64,000 bases of DNA from Bacteroidota bacterium (GTDB lineage Bacteria; Bacteroidota; Bacteroidia; Palsa-965), in contig JAAFIA010000002.1 in NCBI GenBank assembly GCA_013298545.1, positions 50,830-114,829 of the forward strand. Direction: 5' to 3'. A program made the position numbers and the translations under genes. Below the pieces are notes generated by a model. It saw nothing but the letters and a program-made list of their open reading frames with translations. It had not been told where the DNA came from and made no database searches. Positions 1 to 8,992 of the stretch are shown piece after piece (position 1 is the first letter of the stretch; every line of letters starts with the position of its first letter).

Positions 1-64
1 CGTTCTGTGCGAATGCGGCCGAAGCCGAGAGCATTAGCGAAATCGTGAGTAGTTGTTTTTTCAT
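1..64 (-). CDS. 5' end of an exported protein gene running off the left edge (partial)
   Basis: The reverse complement of 1-64 reads ATG AAA AAA CAA... = MKKQLLTISLMLSASAAFAQN, a typical Sec signal peptide. The rest of the gene lies outside the window. Confidence 0.4.
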   Translation of the reverse strand, partial: MKKQLLTISLMLSASAAFAQN

Positions 65-236
65 GTGCTTCATTATTATACATCAATGATACATTTTTTC
101 GGTGGTTTATCAAAATACAAAACAAGCTGCTGGTTCGTTTTATGGTTTTTGTTTTGCTGCACTTTTTTCTTTTCGTGCTTTTGTGCGGCTGGATTTCGTA
201 GAGTGTCCTATCTTCGTCTTTCCTAAAAAAACTTGT

Positions 237-1808
237 ATGCGTTTTCGTAATCGCCTTTTACTTTTTCCGATTGTGCTTGGTGCTGCTGCCGGATTTATTG
301 TTTTGTCATCGTCTTCAAAAGAGCCGAAAGCAAAACCGGAATCGGGTATTTATGCGTTTGTGCGCGATTCGCTCGATATCTACATGGAACGCGAGCGCAA
401 GGCTTGGGAGTTGCCGGGAGTTGCGGTAGCCATTGTGAAAGACGGAAAGATCATTTACTCGAAAGGGTTTGGGGTGCGTGAGTTGGGCAAGTCGGAAATG
501 GTAAACGACTCGTCGCTTTTTCAGATTGCGTCTTGTTCCAAAGCGTTTACCGCAACGGCTTTGGCCATGCTGCAAACAGAAAAGAAAATTTCGCTCGATA
601 CAAATGCGCATGCGTTGATGCCGAACCTAAAATTTTACGACAAGTACGCACAAGAACAAATTACGATTCGCGATTTGTTGTGCCACCGCATTGGACTGGA
701 AACGTTTCAAGGCGATTTTTTAAACTGGGATTGTAACTTGAGTCGGGCCGATTTGGTTGCGCGCATGGAACGTCATAAACCGGTTTATGGTTTGCGTAGT
801 AAATACGGGTATTGCAACCTTGGCTTTTTAGCGGCGGGCGAAGCGATTCCGCTTGTTACACAAGGAACATCGTGGGATGATTTTCTGGAACAACGGTTTT
901 TTAGTCCGCTGAAAATGGGTCGTACGTCAACGCGTTACAAAAGTATTTCGACTGATGCGAATGCGTGTGTGCCGCATAGTTGGTGGAAAGAAAAAGTGCA
1001 GCGCATTGCATACGACAACATCGACCAGCTTGGGCCTGCGGGGAGTATGAGTTCGTGCGTCAAAGATTTATCCAACTGGATGTTGATGCAGTTGGATAGC
1101 GGACGTTTTGGGGGCAAACAAGTTGTTCCGTTTTCGGCCATTCAGGAAACGCGGCGTGGGCATACGATTGTGAATCGTTTTTCGGCGTTGTATCCTGATA
1201 TGCATTTTAGTGAATATGGGTTGGGGTGGTTTTTGGCAGATATGGCGGGGCGGCGTGTGATTTGGCACGATGGCGGGGCGGGGGGATTTTTATCAACGGT
1301 GTGCCTTGTGCCGGAAGAAAATTTAGGCATTGTGGTGTTGACCAATAGCGACAATCAATCGTTTTATACAGCCTTGCGTTATCAGTTGTTGGATGCGTGT
1401 TTTGGAAAACCTTACCGCAACATCAGTCAAATTTATTTGGCCCGATTTAAAAAAGGTGCGGCAGAAGAAGCGAAGGAATTGGCGGGCTGGCATGCATCGG
1501 TAAAGAAAAAAAATACACCTGTTGTTACTTCCGACGCGTTTGTTGGCACCTATGAAAATGCTGTTTATGGTACGATGAATGCGTCGATGAGTGCAAAAGG
1601 TCAACTGACGTTATTTTTTGAACATCATCCGCAAATCAATGCCGAATTGGAATACATGCAGGATAGCACGTATTTGTGTTCGTTCAACACGCCCGTATTT
1701 GGCATCAAACCCGCAACAGTAACCATCAAAAACAAAACGGTACAATCGGTAACGATTCGTGTTTCGGAGTCGTTAGATCGGATGCCTTATGTTTTTGTGA
1801 AGAAGTGA
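237..1808 (+). CDS. serine hydrolase of the beta-lactamase / penicillin-binding (class C-like) family
   Basis: ORF 102-1808 carries the SxxK active-site motif in ASCSKAFTATALA. A hydrophobic leader MRFRNRLLLFPIVLGAAAGFIVL starts at ATG 237; position 102 is a GTG with no leader. About 520 aa, typical for the family. Confidence 0.85.
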   Translation: MRFRNRLLLFPIVLGAAAGFIVLSSSSKEPKAKPESGIYAFVRDSLDIYMERERKAWELPGVAVAIVKDGKIIYSKGFGVRELGKSEMVNDSSLFQIASCSKAFTATALAMLQTEKKISLDTNAHALMPNLKFYDKYAQEQITIRDLLCHRIGLETFQGDFLNWDCNLSRADLVARMERHKPVYGLRSKYGYCNLGFLAAGEAIPLVTQGTSWDDFLEQRFFSPLKMGRTSTRYKSISTDANACVPHSWWKEKVQRIAYDNIDQLGPAGSMSSCVKDLSNWMLMQLDSGRFGGKQVVPFSAIQETRRGHTIVNRFSALYPDMHFSEYGLGWFLADMAGRRVIWHDGGAGGFLSTVCLVPEENLGIVVLTNSDNQSFYTALRYQLLDACFGKPYRNISQIYLARFKKGAAEEAKELAGWHASVKKKNTPVVTSDAFVGTYENAVYGTMNASMSAKGQLTLFFEHHPQINAELEYMQDSTYLCSFNTPVFGIKPATVTIKNKTVQSVTIRVSESLDRMPYVFVKK

Positions 1809-1825
1809 GTTACGCTTATCTTTCA

Positions 1826-2512
1826 ATGATTAAAAAACACCTCTTGAAAAATTGTTTTTTCTTTGTGTTTGCTTCGTGTTTGCTTTTGCTTGCGTGTGAG
1901 CGTGAGCAGGATTTGCCGCAAAACTCACTGCCCCCACCCGCGCCAGCCGCCACGCCAATCGACACGGCTTTCCCACATTCATATTATCCTGTTTATCCGG
2001 GATCTTTTTGGCGGTACAATGTTAACACAGCCAATGGAACCGTAATCGAAACGGATTCTACTTTGCCTACCTACTTCATCGACTTTTATGTCGATACGCC
2101 AATTTATCTTGTTCCGATAACTTATTTTTCCGATTCGATGTATGTACCATTGTTGAACGGAAAACCCATTTACGGCTATTTCAAAATTGACACATTAGGA
2201 AATCCTTTTGGCGAGTTCAACAGACCGTGGCCCATCATTTCCGAAACCGTTGGCGATACGTTTGAACGTGCATGGACAGACAAGCGTTTTGGCGATTATA
2301 GCGAAAAACTAATCGTGCTTAGTAAAACACAAGTTGGGCCCGATTCAGTGATTACGCTCAAGGGTCATTGGGTTTACGGACCAAACATCAACAACATCAG
2401 TATTCAAGAATACGTCAAAAATATTGGCCTTACAAAACATTTTGTTATTGATACGGTTGCAAATGACACGGTATATAAGCGTGTACTGATAAGTTATTTG
2501 GTGAATGATTGA
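1826..2512 (+). CDS. hypothetical lipoprotein
   Basis: ATG at 1826 gives MIKKHLLKNCFFFVFASCLLLLAC, a lipoprotein-type signal with Cys. I recognised no family motif. Confidence 0.6.
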   Translation: MIKKHLLKNCFFFVFASCLLLLACEREQDLPQNSLPPPAPAATPIDTAFPHSYYPVYPGSFWRYNVNTANGTVIETDSTLPTYFIDFYVDTPIYLVPITYFSDSMYVPLLNGKPIYGYFKIDTLGNPFGEFNRPWPIISETVGDTFERAWTDKRFGDYSEKLIVLSKTQVGPDSVITLKGHWVYGPNINNISIQEYVKNIGLTKHFVIDTVANDTVYKRVLISYLVND

Positions 2513-2747
2513 TTACTGTTTAAATTTTATCTTTTGTTCCGAAACCTCAGAATTGCCATACATACAAGCAAGACTTAAATTTTATAGAACAAACGGACTC
2601 AAACAACATCCGTTCATAAGTTTTCCCGCCGCCGATCAAAAAGTACTTGCTTTTCCATAAACAATGGCCTAAATTTACTTTACTTATTTTATAGTAACCT
2701 AGATTTTTATCAATTCGCGTTGTAGTCATCATTCAATAGTCTTGCGT

Positions 2748-4319
2748 ATGGATCATAGTTTTAAAAAAGACGATGACGATCAACATACTTCATCGGTATC
2801 GGGCCAGTTTCAAATGCCCAAAGAATTAAATTTCAAGCCCACTCAAAATCCTTCAATCTTAGCTTTGCAACGTGTGTTACAAAAAATGCACAATGGCGAG
2901 CCGCTTGATGTTCACGATGTGGTGCTGGCACACCGACATGGCAATGCCGCGTTTCATCATTACGCACGCAACTACCGAATCAATTACATAGAACGGAAGC
3001 TTGCCGAGCAGAAAAAAAACGGTGTAGCACAAACGGAATCTGCCGTAGCAGAAAATACGCTAGTCGCCAATTCGGAACTTACGACAACTAAAATAGATCG
3101 TGAAAAACAGTACGAGCTTGCGCTTGCCTTAACTGACTTTGACGCAGAAGCGGTGGAAGGTTTTGACGAATTTAAGCCGGGCGGTTTTCGCTACAATCCA
3201 TCAAAATTGTACAACCGATTGATGGTGCTACGGCGGCAAACAGGTGATAACACGCTGCAATTGGATGATTTGAAATCGTGGGCCAATGCCTCCGACACGT
3301 ATTGGTTCGATACCGCAACACAGGCGGGCCGCATCATGTACAGCCAAAATGCTAAAGCAAAACTAAAAGGCGAAAAGTATGTGCCGTCTGATGTTTTGAT
3401 CGATCAGCAAAATGCCGAATTAAAAACTACGGATCAATTAAAACACGATGTGGTAAATGGTGTGTATGTGTATGCGCAAATGCTGGAGCAAGTACAAACA
3501 CAAATCGATCAGACAAACGACGCGGAGCAGCAAAAAAAATGGATCGCGATGCGTGAGCGCATTACTTCGGGCTTACAACAAGTCATTACCGAACTTTCGA
3601 CCAGTTATCAAAATACGGTTACAAACAAGCCGATAGAAAATAAATACGATGCGCCAGTATTGGAGGGCAATGCGGGAAGGGCGGCTTACGGCATGGTTTC
3701 GCTCTTGTTGGTTTCGGGTGCATTTGCGGTATCGGCGGCACTTATTTTATCGGCCATGGCGCGGGACTTGGCCGATTTGCTGCGCGATGCTCCCGAATTG
3801 GACTGGGGGAAAATAAAAATGCCGCGTACGCAACCAAAACCTGCTGCACCACCTCAAACGGCTCCTACGCAAAGTCCAAAGCCGAGCAATCAACCCAATC
3901 CACCAGTTCCGTTTTTGCCGGATGTGGATATCGATAACCAGAAAGACGCGTGTACGCCACACCCCATCGGCTACCACCGCGGTGGCAATGCGTACCACAA
4001 CAAACTCGCCGATGAAGTGCCGCCCAATTTAATTGTGGGCACCGATTGGGAAGTCAAAGGAAAAGCCTTTGATGCCTGGACGGGTGGCGCGAAGCAGGAG
4101 TTGTGGGAGATTAAGACTTCTGAGAATTATGCTAGGCAGAATCAATTTATTCAAGATATTCAAATCAGCGACATAAAAAAAGATGCACTTTTGGAATCGA
4201 AAATCGCACAAGCATGTGGCAAGAAATATGTGCTTGGCGTTGATAATGTTGATCTGTATAAAGATTTAATCAATCATCGCGATTTGCTCCACCTCAAAGA
4301 TAATATTAGACTTATATAG
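2748..4319 (+). CDS. polymorphic-toxin-like protein with C-terminal PD-(D/E)xK (Tox-REase-5-like) nuclease module
   Basis: No signal peptide. An internal hydrophobic helix AAYGMVSLLLVSGAFAVSAALILSAMA is followed by a Pro/Gln-rich linker PRTQPKPAAPPQTAPTQSPKPSNQPNPPVP. The C-terminus reads CTPHPIGYHRGGNAYHNKLADE...AFDAW...ELWEIKT, with a D...ExK signature (E-I-K at 4107-4115). Confidence 0.6.
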   Translation: MDHSFKKDDDDQHTSSVSGQFQMPKELNFKPTQNPSILALQRVLQKMHNGEPLDVHDVVLAHRHGNAAFHHYARNYRINYIERKLAEQKKNGVAQTESAVAENTLVANSELTTTKIDREKQYELALALTDFDAEAVEGFDEFKPGGFRYNPSKLYNRLMVLRRQTGDNTLQLDDLKSWANASDTYWFDTATQAGRIMYSQNAKAKLKGEKYVPSDVLIDQQNAELKTTDQLKHDVVNGVYVYAQMLEQVQTQIDQTNDAEQQKKWIAMRERITSGLQQVITELSTSYQNTVTNKPIENKYDAPVLEGNAGRAAYGMVSLLLVSGAFAVSAALILSAMARDLADLLRDAPELDWGKIKMPRTQPKPAAPPQTAPTQSPKPSNQPNPPVPFLPDVDIDNQKDACTPHPIGYHRGGNAYHNKLADEVPPNLIVGTDWEVKGKAFDAWTGGAKQELWEIKTSENYARQNQFIQDIQISDIKKDALLESKIAQACGKKYVLGVDNVDLYKDLINHRDLLHLKDNIRLI

Positions 4320-4325
4320 ATTATT

Positions 4326-5069
4326 ATGGAAAAAGAAAGCATTCGATTAATACTCGTGTTCGATCCTACTGGGTCAACAGATTTATCCTTTGATAAAAAA
4401 ATTGCTTGCTTCAATTCGGTTGCACCCGATTTATGTCAAATTAATTTTTGGATGGATGATAATTTAATACATCATCCATTAGAAAAAAATATTCTTATCA
4501 ACAACGATAGCAAAGCACTAACAAACGGAAATGAAAACCTGCAACTAGTTCATAGGATTACAGATTCTATTTTCAATATTCGCAGAACTCACTCGATTAA
4601 AATCAGTTTCCATAACAACGAACACTTTTCTGGCTTACTAGAAAAATATTTAAAGAAAATTGTTCTTTTTGAAGACTTTAGGCAAGCATATCTCTGGAGC
4701 AATTTGGATAACTACCTTTCAGACTTTCATGCTTACTTTAGCGATAATAGATATGCCAATCGTGCCTATAATTTACCACTAATTACCAATCTATATCAGC
4801 ATGGGATTACAGACATGGACCGCCCACAATGCTTCTACCGCATCAACATCTGGTCCAGCTACATCTGCAAGCAAGTCGATTTTATTCCCGAAAAACATGC
4901 TTCGCTTTTTGAAATTGCCAAGCCACTCGAAAATGGTGCGTGGTGGTTGCAACTCACCAAAGATCCATTAAACGTGGATATTCCTGAACATTTGAATCGC
5001 TTGCGCGCTGCTTACGAAGCCCTTCCAAAAGTGGGTGGAAGAGATTTGTTGATCGATCAAGGAAAATAG
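4326..5069 (+). CDS. candidate cognate immunity protein (hypothetical, 247 aa)
   Basis: It starts 7 nt after the toxin-like gene on the same strand and is markedly AT-rich. It has no signal peptide or TM segment. The assignment rests on position only. Confidence 0.4.
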   Translation: MEKESIRLILVFDPTGSTDLSFDKKIACFNSVAPDLCQINFWMDDNLIHHPLEKNILINNDSKALTNGNENLQLVHRITDSIFNIRRTHSIKISFHNNEHFSGLLEKYLKKIVLFEDFRQAYLWSNLDNYLSDFHAYFSDNRYANRAYNLPLITNLYQHGITDMDRPQCFYRINIWSSYICKQVDFIPEKHASLFEIAKPLENGAWWLQLTKDPLNVDIPEHLNRLRAAYEALPKVGGRDLLIDQGK

Positions 5070-5111
5070 TGCCTGTTTTCGCCAAAACGAAACGATTTTA
5101 ATCCCAGTTAA

Positions 5112-8100
5112 CTACCCGCCCACTTTCACAAACCGGAATTGCTGCGATATGCCGGATTCGTCCTGAACACGAATTAAGTAAACCGCAGGACGAAGTGTTG
5201 TGATGTCAATTTCGGTCTTTGTCGCTGCTGGAGAAAACGACTCTTGTTGCACGATACGACCCGTTAAATCCAAAATTTGATAGGTTGCTTTTGTATTCGT
5301 TGTTTTTGTGTTGTTGGATAAAAACAGCGTTGTTGTAGCTGGATTTGGGAATAAAGACCAGCCGCCATCGTTTTCATTAGGCGTTTCAATACCAATCGGA
5401 CTTAAGGCAAAATAGGCTGTAAAATTGGTGATGAACGTATTGAGCGTATCGTTGAAAACGATATTCAGCGTATCTGCAATCAAGCCATTGTTGCCCCATT
5501 GGAGAAATTGATAACCGGGGTTAGGAATGGCTTCTATTTTTACCGGAATGCCATTGAAATAAACGCCTTGCCAAGGATAGGTTGTTGGTGTAATGGTGCT
5601 GATGTGAATGGTTCCGGCGCCTGCAGGAAAAACGTCAAGCGTTAAATCAACTTGGTTCGGCAAATTGAAATTGGCTTCAATGTCATTGCGAACAACCGTT
5701 GTGCGTGCCGTAAGTTGTGAGGTGAACGTCATGTGGTTGGTGTAGAAATCGGCCATTTGTTGCGGAATAGCATTTGGATTTCCCCAGCGCGCATATTCAT
5801 TGTTCATTTCAAAAACAGTTTGGTTGTACATGCTGTTTTCAATGCCCACCAAGCGCGACGGGAGATATGCCGTATTCATCACATCTGCGAAGCGATTGAT
5901 GAAGTAATCGTGGAATCGGTTGTTTTGAATGCCTTGTAAGAAAACATTGATGTATGGATTATTTGGATCTTGATTCAACAAATAATCAATGTGATCGAAG
6001 TAACAATTTTGTGCGCCGCCCGGATCAAAGCCCAATTCCAAGTCGATCGTGCAAAAGCGATAGCGGAAATTGGTGGCGTTGGAGCGGTATATTTTAATGT
6101 TGTTTTGCGGCCAATCAACATTTGTCAACCAGCTTTCACCGATGATATAATCGGTGTAATAAACCATATCGAAATACTGATCGGCGGCATTCCAGAAACC
6201 CGTATCGGCTGGGTTGAGTGCCGCAAATGAATTATACGCCACATAAAACGAATCGACCGATCCATCAAGTGCACGCAAAACGCTTCCGTACCAATAACTG
6301 AGCGATAAAATGTCTATCGAATCGGAATCCGCGCCTTCAAGTGTTTTGAAATACTCTTTATCAAATTTTTCGCGCAACTCATACAAACCAAAATAGCCGC
6401 CATTGATGTAAACCGTAACTGGCCGCCAAGCAGAATAATAACCATTGGTTGCACCAGACATCCCCATGACAGAGGCCGCATCTTTGTATGGATAAGAGAG
6501 GTATTGATTGCTTCCGTTGCGCAAATAAATATTGCTGTATTTATTTCGGTTGGGCCTATTGGGAATAAATGCATAGTTGATCGAACCATCGCCAATAACG
6601 GAATGGCCAAACTCCACACGAAACGAATGCTGCGGATTGGAACGACTTCCCCCCGCGCCCCCATCCACTCGGATGCCCGCGTTTTGCGACACAATCAGGT
6701 TATTCAACGTATCAAAATACTCGACATAAGCCGCTCGTGTCCAGTCTTCCCAATAATTGTCGAAAATACCTGCCGAATCGTACAAATTATTCTGATCCGT
6801 AATCACAGATAGTATTGGCGTAACGTGGCTGATACCGAAAAAATAAGACGAGGCCGTTGTTGTACTCGGCAACTTACTCGTTGAAAAAATACGCGCTTTT
6901 AAAACCGTTGTGTTCGTAATGGGTACAGGAGTGCCCGTGTATAACGTTGCATTTGGCGTGGGGTCGCTTCCGTCGGTTGTATAATAAACCGAAGTTGTAT
7001 CGCTAAGCGGATTGGGATCAGCAATGGTAACGGCAAATGGTACTTGATAAAATCCTGACATTACGTTAAAGGACGGCGGCAAGACATAACCCAAATAAGG
7101 AACAGAAGCATTGTTTGTTGCCGCCGGAGTTGGTGTTTGAAACAAGACCACATTGGCTGACGCGTCTGGAAAAAGTCCCGTACTAATGTCAAGATTCAAG
7201 CCATTGACCCATAACGAACTTTCAAATGCTTGCGATATGGTATTGTACAAAAACACCGTATCACCCGCAGTTGCTAATTTGAAATTGGTGTGCAATTCCC
7301 GACTCGAACCAACGGGTAAGAAAACCGCCGAAACGGCATTCAAGGTATCTGGCGACATGCTGATGTCAACATAATCATATACCGTTTGTGGATCTGTCGC
7401 AACAACATCAAACGCAAGCGAAGTAATGTTTCCGGCAGAAAGACCAGCCGCTGTAAGTTCCGATGCTAAAAACAACATTTGTGTTTTCGCACACCAATAC
7501 CAGTTACCATAAGGTGCGGGATAGCAGGTGTTGCAATTCTGAACATTTCCCGATCCAATAGAAAACCCATTCAACTGAATATTGGGTCGATCGTTTGAAA
7601 CACCACCTGTGCCATAGCTACACGCATCATCGGTACCATCGACATAAGCAGAAACCGAGGCCGCAAAAGGCATCGTTGTTTGGCGCATCTCCGAATTTGT
7701 GGTGTAGCCCGTAGAAGAATAAGAACAGGTATTGATGCGCACATTCGATACACCATCCCAATAAAATGGTGTTGTAAACGTATGCGTATTCCATCCGGTT
7801 ACCGCGTTGAAATTGGTTGACGTAACCACATTCACAAAACCAGAACCAATTGGCCTGTTTTTTCCACTACAGAAAACGGTAACAAATTCGCCGGGTTGAA
7901 TGAAGCGGTGTGGAAAACGCCAACGCAGGGGTTGTGTTGATTTATCGGTGATCGCATAATCATACAAATCGACCGAGTCTGTGCCGGCATTGTATATTTC
8001 AACCCAATCGGGGTGGTCGCCATCGCTATCAGCAATTGCCAAATAATTTCGATTCGATCCTTCGTTGATGATTAATTGTGCGTTTGCTGTACCGAAAAAA

Positions 8101-8150
8101 ACGGTGAGCAAAAACAAAAGAACCGCTAATTTCTTCGTTTTATGCTGCAT
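5112..8150 (-). CDS. CotH-family protein with N-terminal lamin-tail (LTD) domain and T9SS C-terminal sorting domain
   Basis: Signal peptide MQHKTKKLAVLLFLLTVFFGTANAQ. LTD-like LIINEGSNRNY...DWVEIYNAGTDSVDLYDY. CotH-like core SFRVEFGH...IYLRNGSNQ...VTVYINGGYFGLYELREKFDKEYF. C-terminal WSLFPNPATTTLFL...AVYLIRVQDESG...FVKVGG. Confidence 0.8.
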   Translation of the reverse strand: MQHKTKKLAVLLFLLTVFFGTANAQLIINEGSNRNYLAIADSDGDHPDWVEIYNAGTDSVDLYDYAITDKSTQPLRWRFPHRFIQPGEFVTVFCSGKNRPIGSGFVNVVTSTNFNAVTGWNTHTFTTPFYWDGVSNVRINTCSYSSTGYTTNSEMRQTTMPFAASVSAYVDGTDDACSYGTGGVSNDRPNIQLNGFSIGSGNVQNCNTCYPAPYGNWYWCAKTQMLFLASELTAAGLSAGNITSLAFDVVATDPQTVYDYVDISMSPDTLNAVSAVFLPVGSSRELHTNFKLATAGDTVFLYNTISQAFESSLWVNGLNLDISTGLFPDASANVVLFQTPTPAATNNASVPYLGYVLPPSFNVMSGFYQVPFAVTIADPNPLSDTTSVYYTTDGSDPTPNATLYTGTPVPITNTTVLKARIFSTSKLPSTTTASSYFFGISHVTPILSVITDQNNLYDSAGIFDNYWEDWTRAAYVEYFDTLNNLIVSQNAGIRVDGGAGGSRSNPQHSFRVEFGHSVIGDGSINYAFIPNRPNRNKYSNIYLRNGSNQYLSYPYKDAASVMGMSGATNGYYSAWRPVTVYINGGYFGLYELREKFDKEYFKTLEGADSDSIDILSLSYWYGSVLRALDGSVDSFYVAYNSFAALNPADTGFWNAADQYFDMVYYTDYIIGESWLTNVDWPQNNIKIYRSNATNFRYRFCTIDLELGFDPGGAQNCYFDHIDYLLNQDPNNPYINVFLQGIQNNRFHDYFINRFADVMNTAYLPSRLVGIENSMYNQTVFEMNNEYARWGNPNAIPQQMADFYTNHMTFTSQLTARTTVVRNDIEANFNLPNQVDLTLDVFPAGAGTIHISTITPTTYPWQGVYFNGIPVKIEAIPNPGYQFLQWGNNGLIADTLNIVFNDTLNTFITNFTAYFALSPIGIETPNENDGGWSLFPNPATTTLFLSNNTKTTNTKATYQILDLTGRIVQQESFSPAATKTEIDITTLRPAVYLIRVQDESGISQQFRFVKVGG

Positions 8151-8253
8151 GATGTTATGTGTTATGATTTTTTCAAATATACACTAAACAGAATGGTTTC
8201 AAACCGAAAAAATGAAGGGAGATGTGGTGCAGTCTTTTTGCCCATATCCACGC

Positions 8254-8979
8254 TTATCCTAAAACGGCTTCCAAGATATGGTGCGATTTAACATCGTGCA
8301 TGCTTTGCAAATGCAACTCGTAATAGCGTAATAAATGATTGACCATCGTGCGTCTGCGCTGACCGGTGAGCAAAATACCTTGCATGGTTTCGTAATTGGC
8401 CTCAATCAATTTGTCTATGACCTGCGAATCGTCGGCATCGGCCCAGAGCGGATGATCGGGTGGCGATGTGCGAAAACGGCCATCGCGGAGATCGAAAATG
8501 GCGCGTGGGCCGTGTGTGTTGGTTTGCGGAAAAAAGCCCAAAAATTTGGTAAGCTGCATTAAAAAGCACAAATGAAAATTGGCCGCTCCATCTTCTGCGT
8601 GATCAAGAATAAAAAGTGAATTGGAAAGAAACGCATAGAGGTCGGAATTGGCTTCTTCTTCGCGTACCGATTTGCTCAAGACTTCGGCCAAAAAAAGCGC
8701 GATGCTTGTTTTTACCATATCGGTGTGCAAAGTTTGGTAAGCGGCCTTACACGAGATTTCGGAAATGCGTTGCAGCGATTTGTTCTCGCGGTGGTTGACT
8801 TCGATCTCAACTTGCGTGAGGGGTTGTAGTAAATTGCTTTTTACTTTTCCCTTTTTGCTCCGTGAAGTGGAAACCAAATAGGCTTGCAAGCCAAACGCCT
8901 CGGTATATATACGCGCAATGAGCGTACTGTCTGAATACGGAACGGTATGAAAAACAATGGCGCGGGTTGTTACGTGCAT
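8254..8979 (-). CDS. recO: DNA repair protein RecO
   Basis: 241 aa. The N-terminal OB-fold region MHVTTRAIVFHTVPYSDSTLIARIYTEAFGLQAYLV and the overall length are typical of RecO. Confidence 0.8.
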   Translation of the reverse strand: MHVTTRAIVFHTVPYSDSTLIARIYTEAFGLQAYLVSTSRSKKGKVKSNLLQPLTQVEIEVNHRENKSLQRISEISCKAAYQTLHTDMVKTSIALFLAEVLSKSVREEEANSDLYAFLSNSLFILDHAEDGAANFHLCFLMQLTKFLGFFPQTNTHGPRAIFDLRDGRFRTSPPDHPLWADADDSQVIDKLIEANYETMQGILLTGQRRRTMVNHLLRYYELHLQSMHDVKSHHILEAVLG

Positions 8980-8992
8980 TGTTTCGTGTCAA

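Noticed and set aside
102-236. N-terminal extension of the serine hydrolase ORF from GTG 102
   Set aside because: The extension has no leader-like or family-like sequence. ATG 237 is immediately followed by a typical signal/anchor, and 102-236 is better explained as the divergent promoter region shared with the minus-strand gene at 1-64.
2547-2732. 61-aa minus-strand ORF between the lipoprotein gene and the toxin-like gene
   Set aside because: It is short, has no start context or motif, and lies in an AT-rich spacer where random ORFs are expected. I cannot support it from sequence alone.
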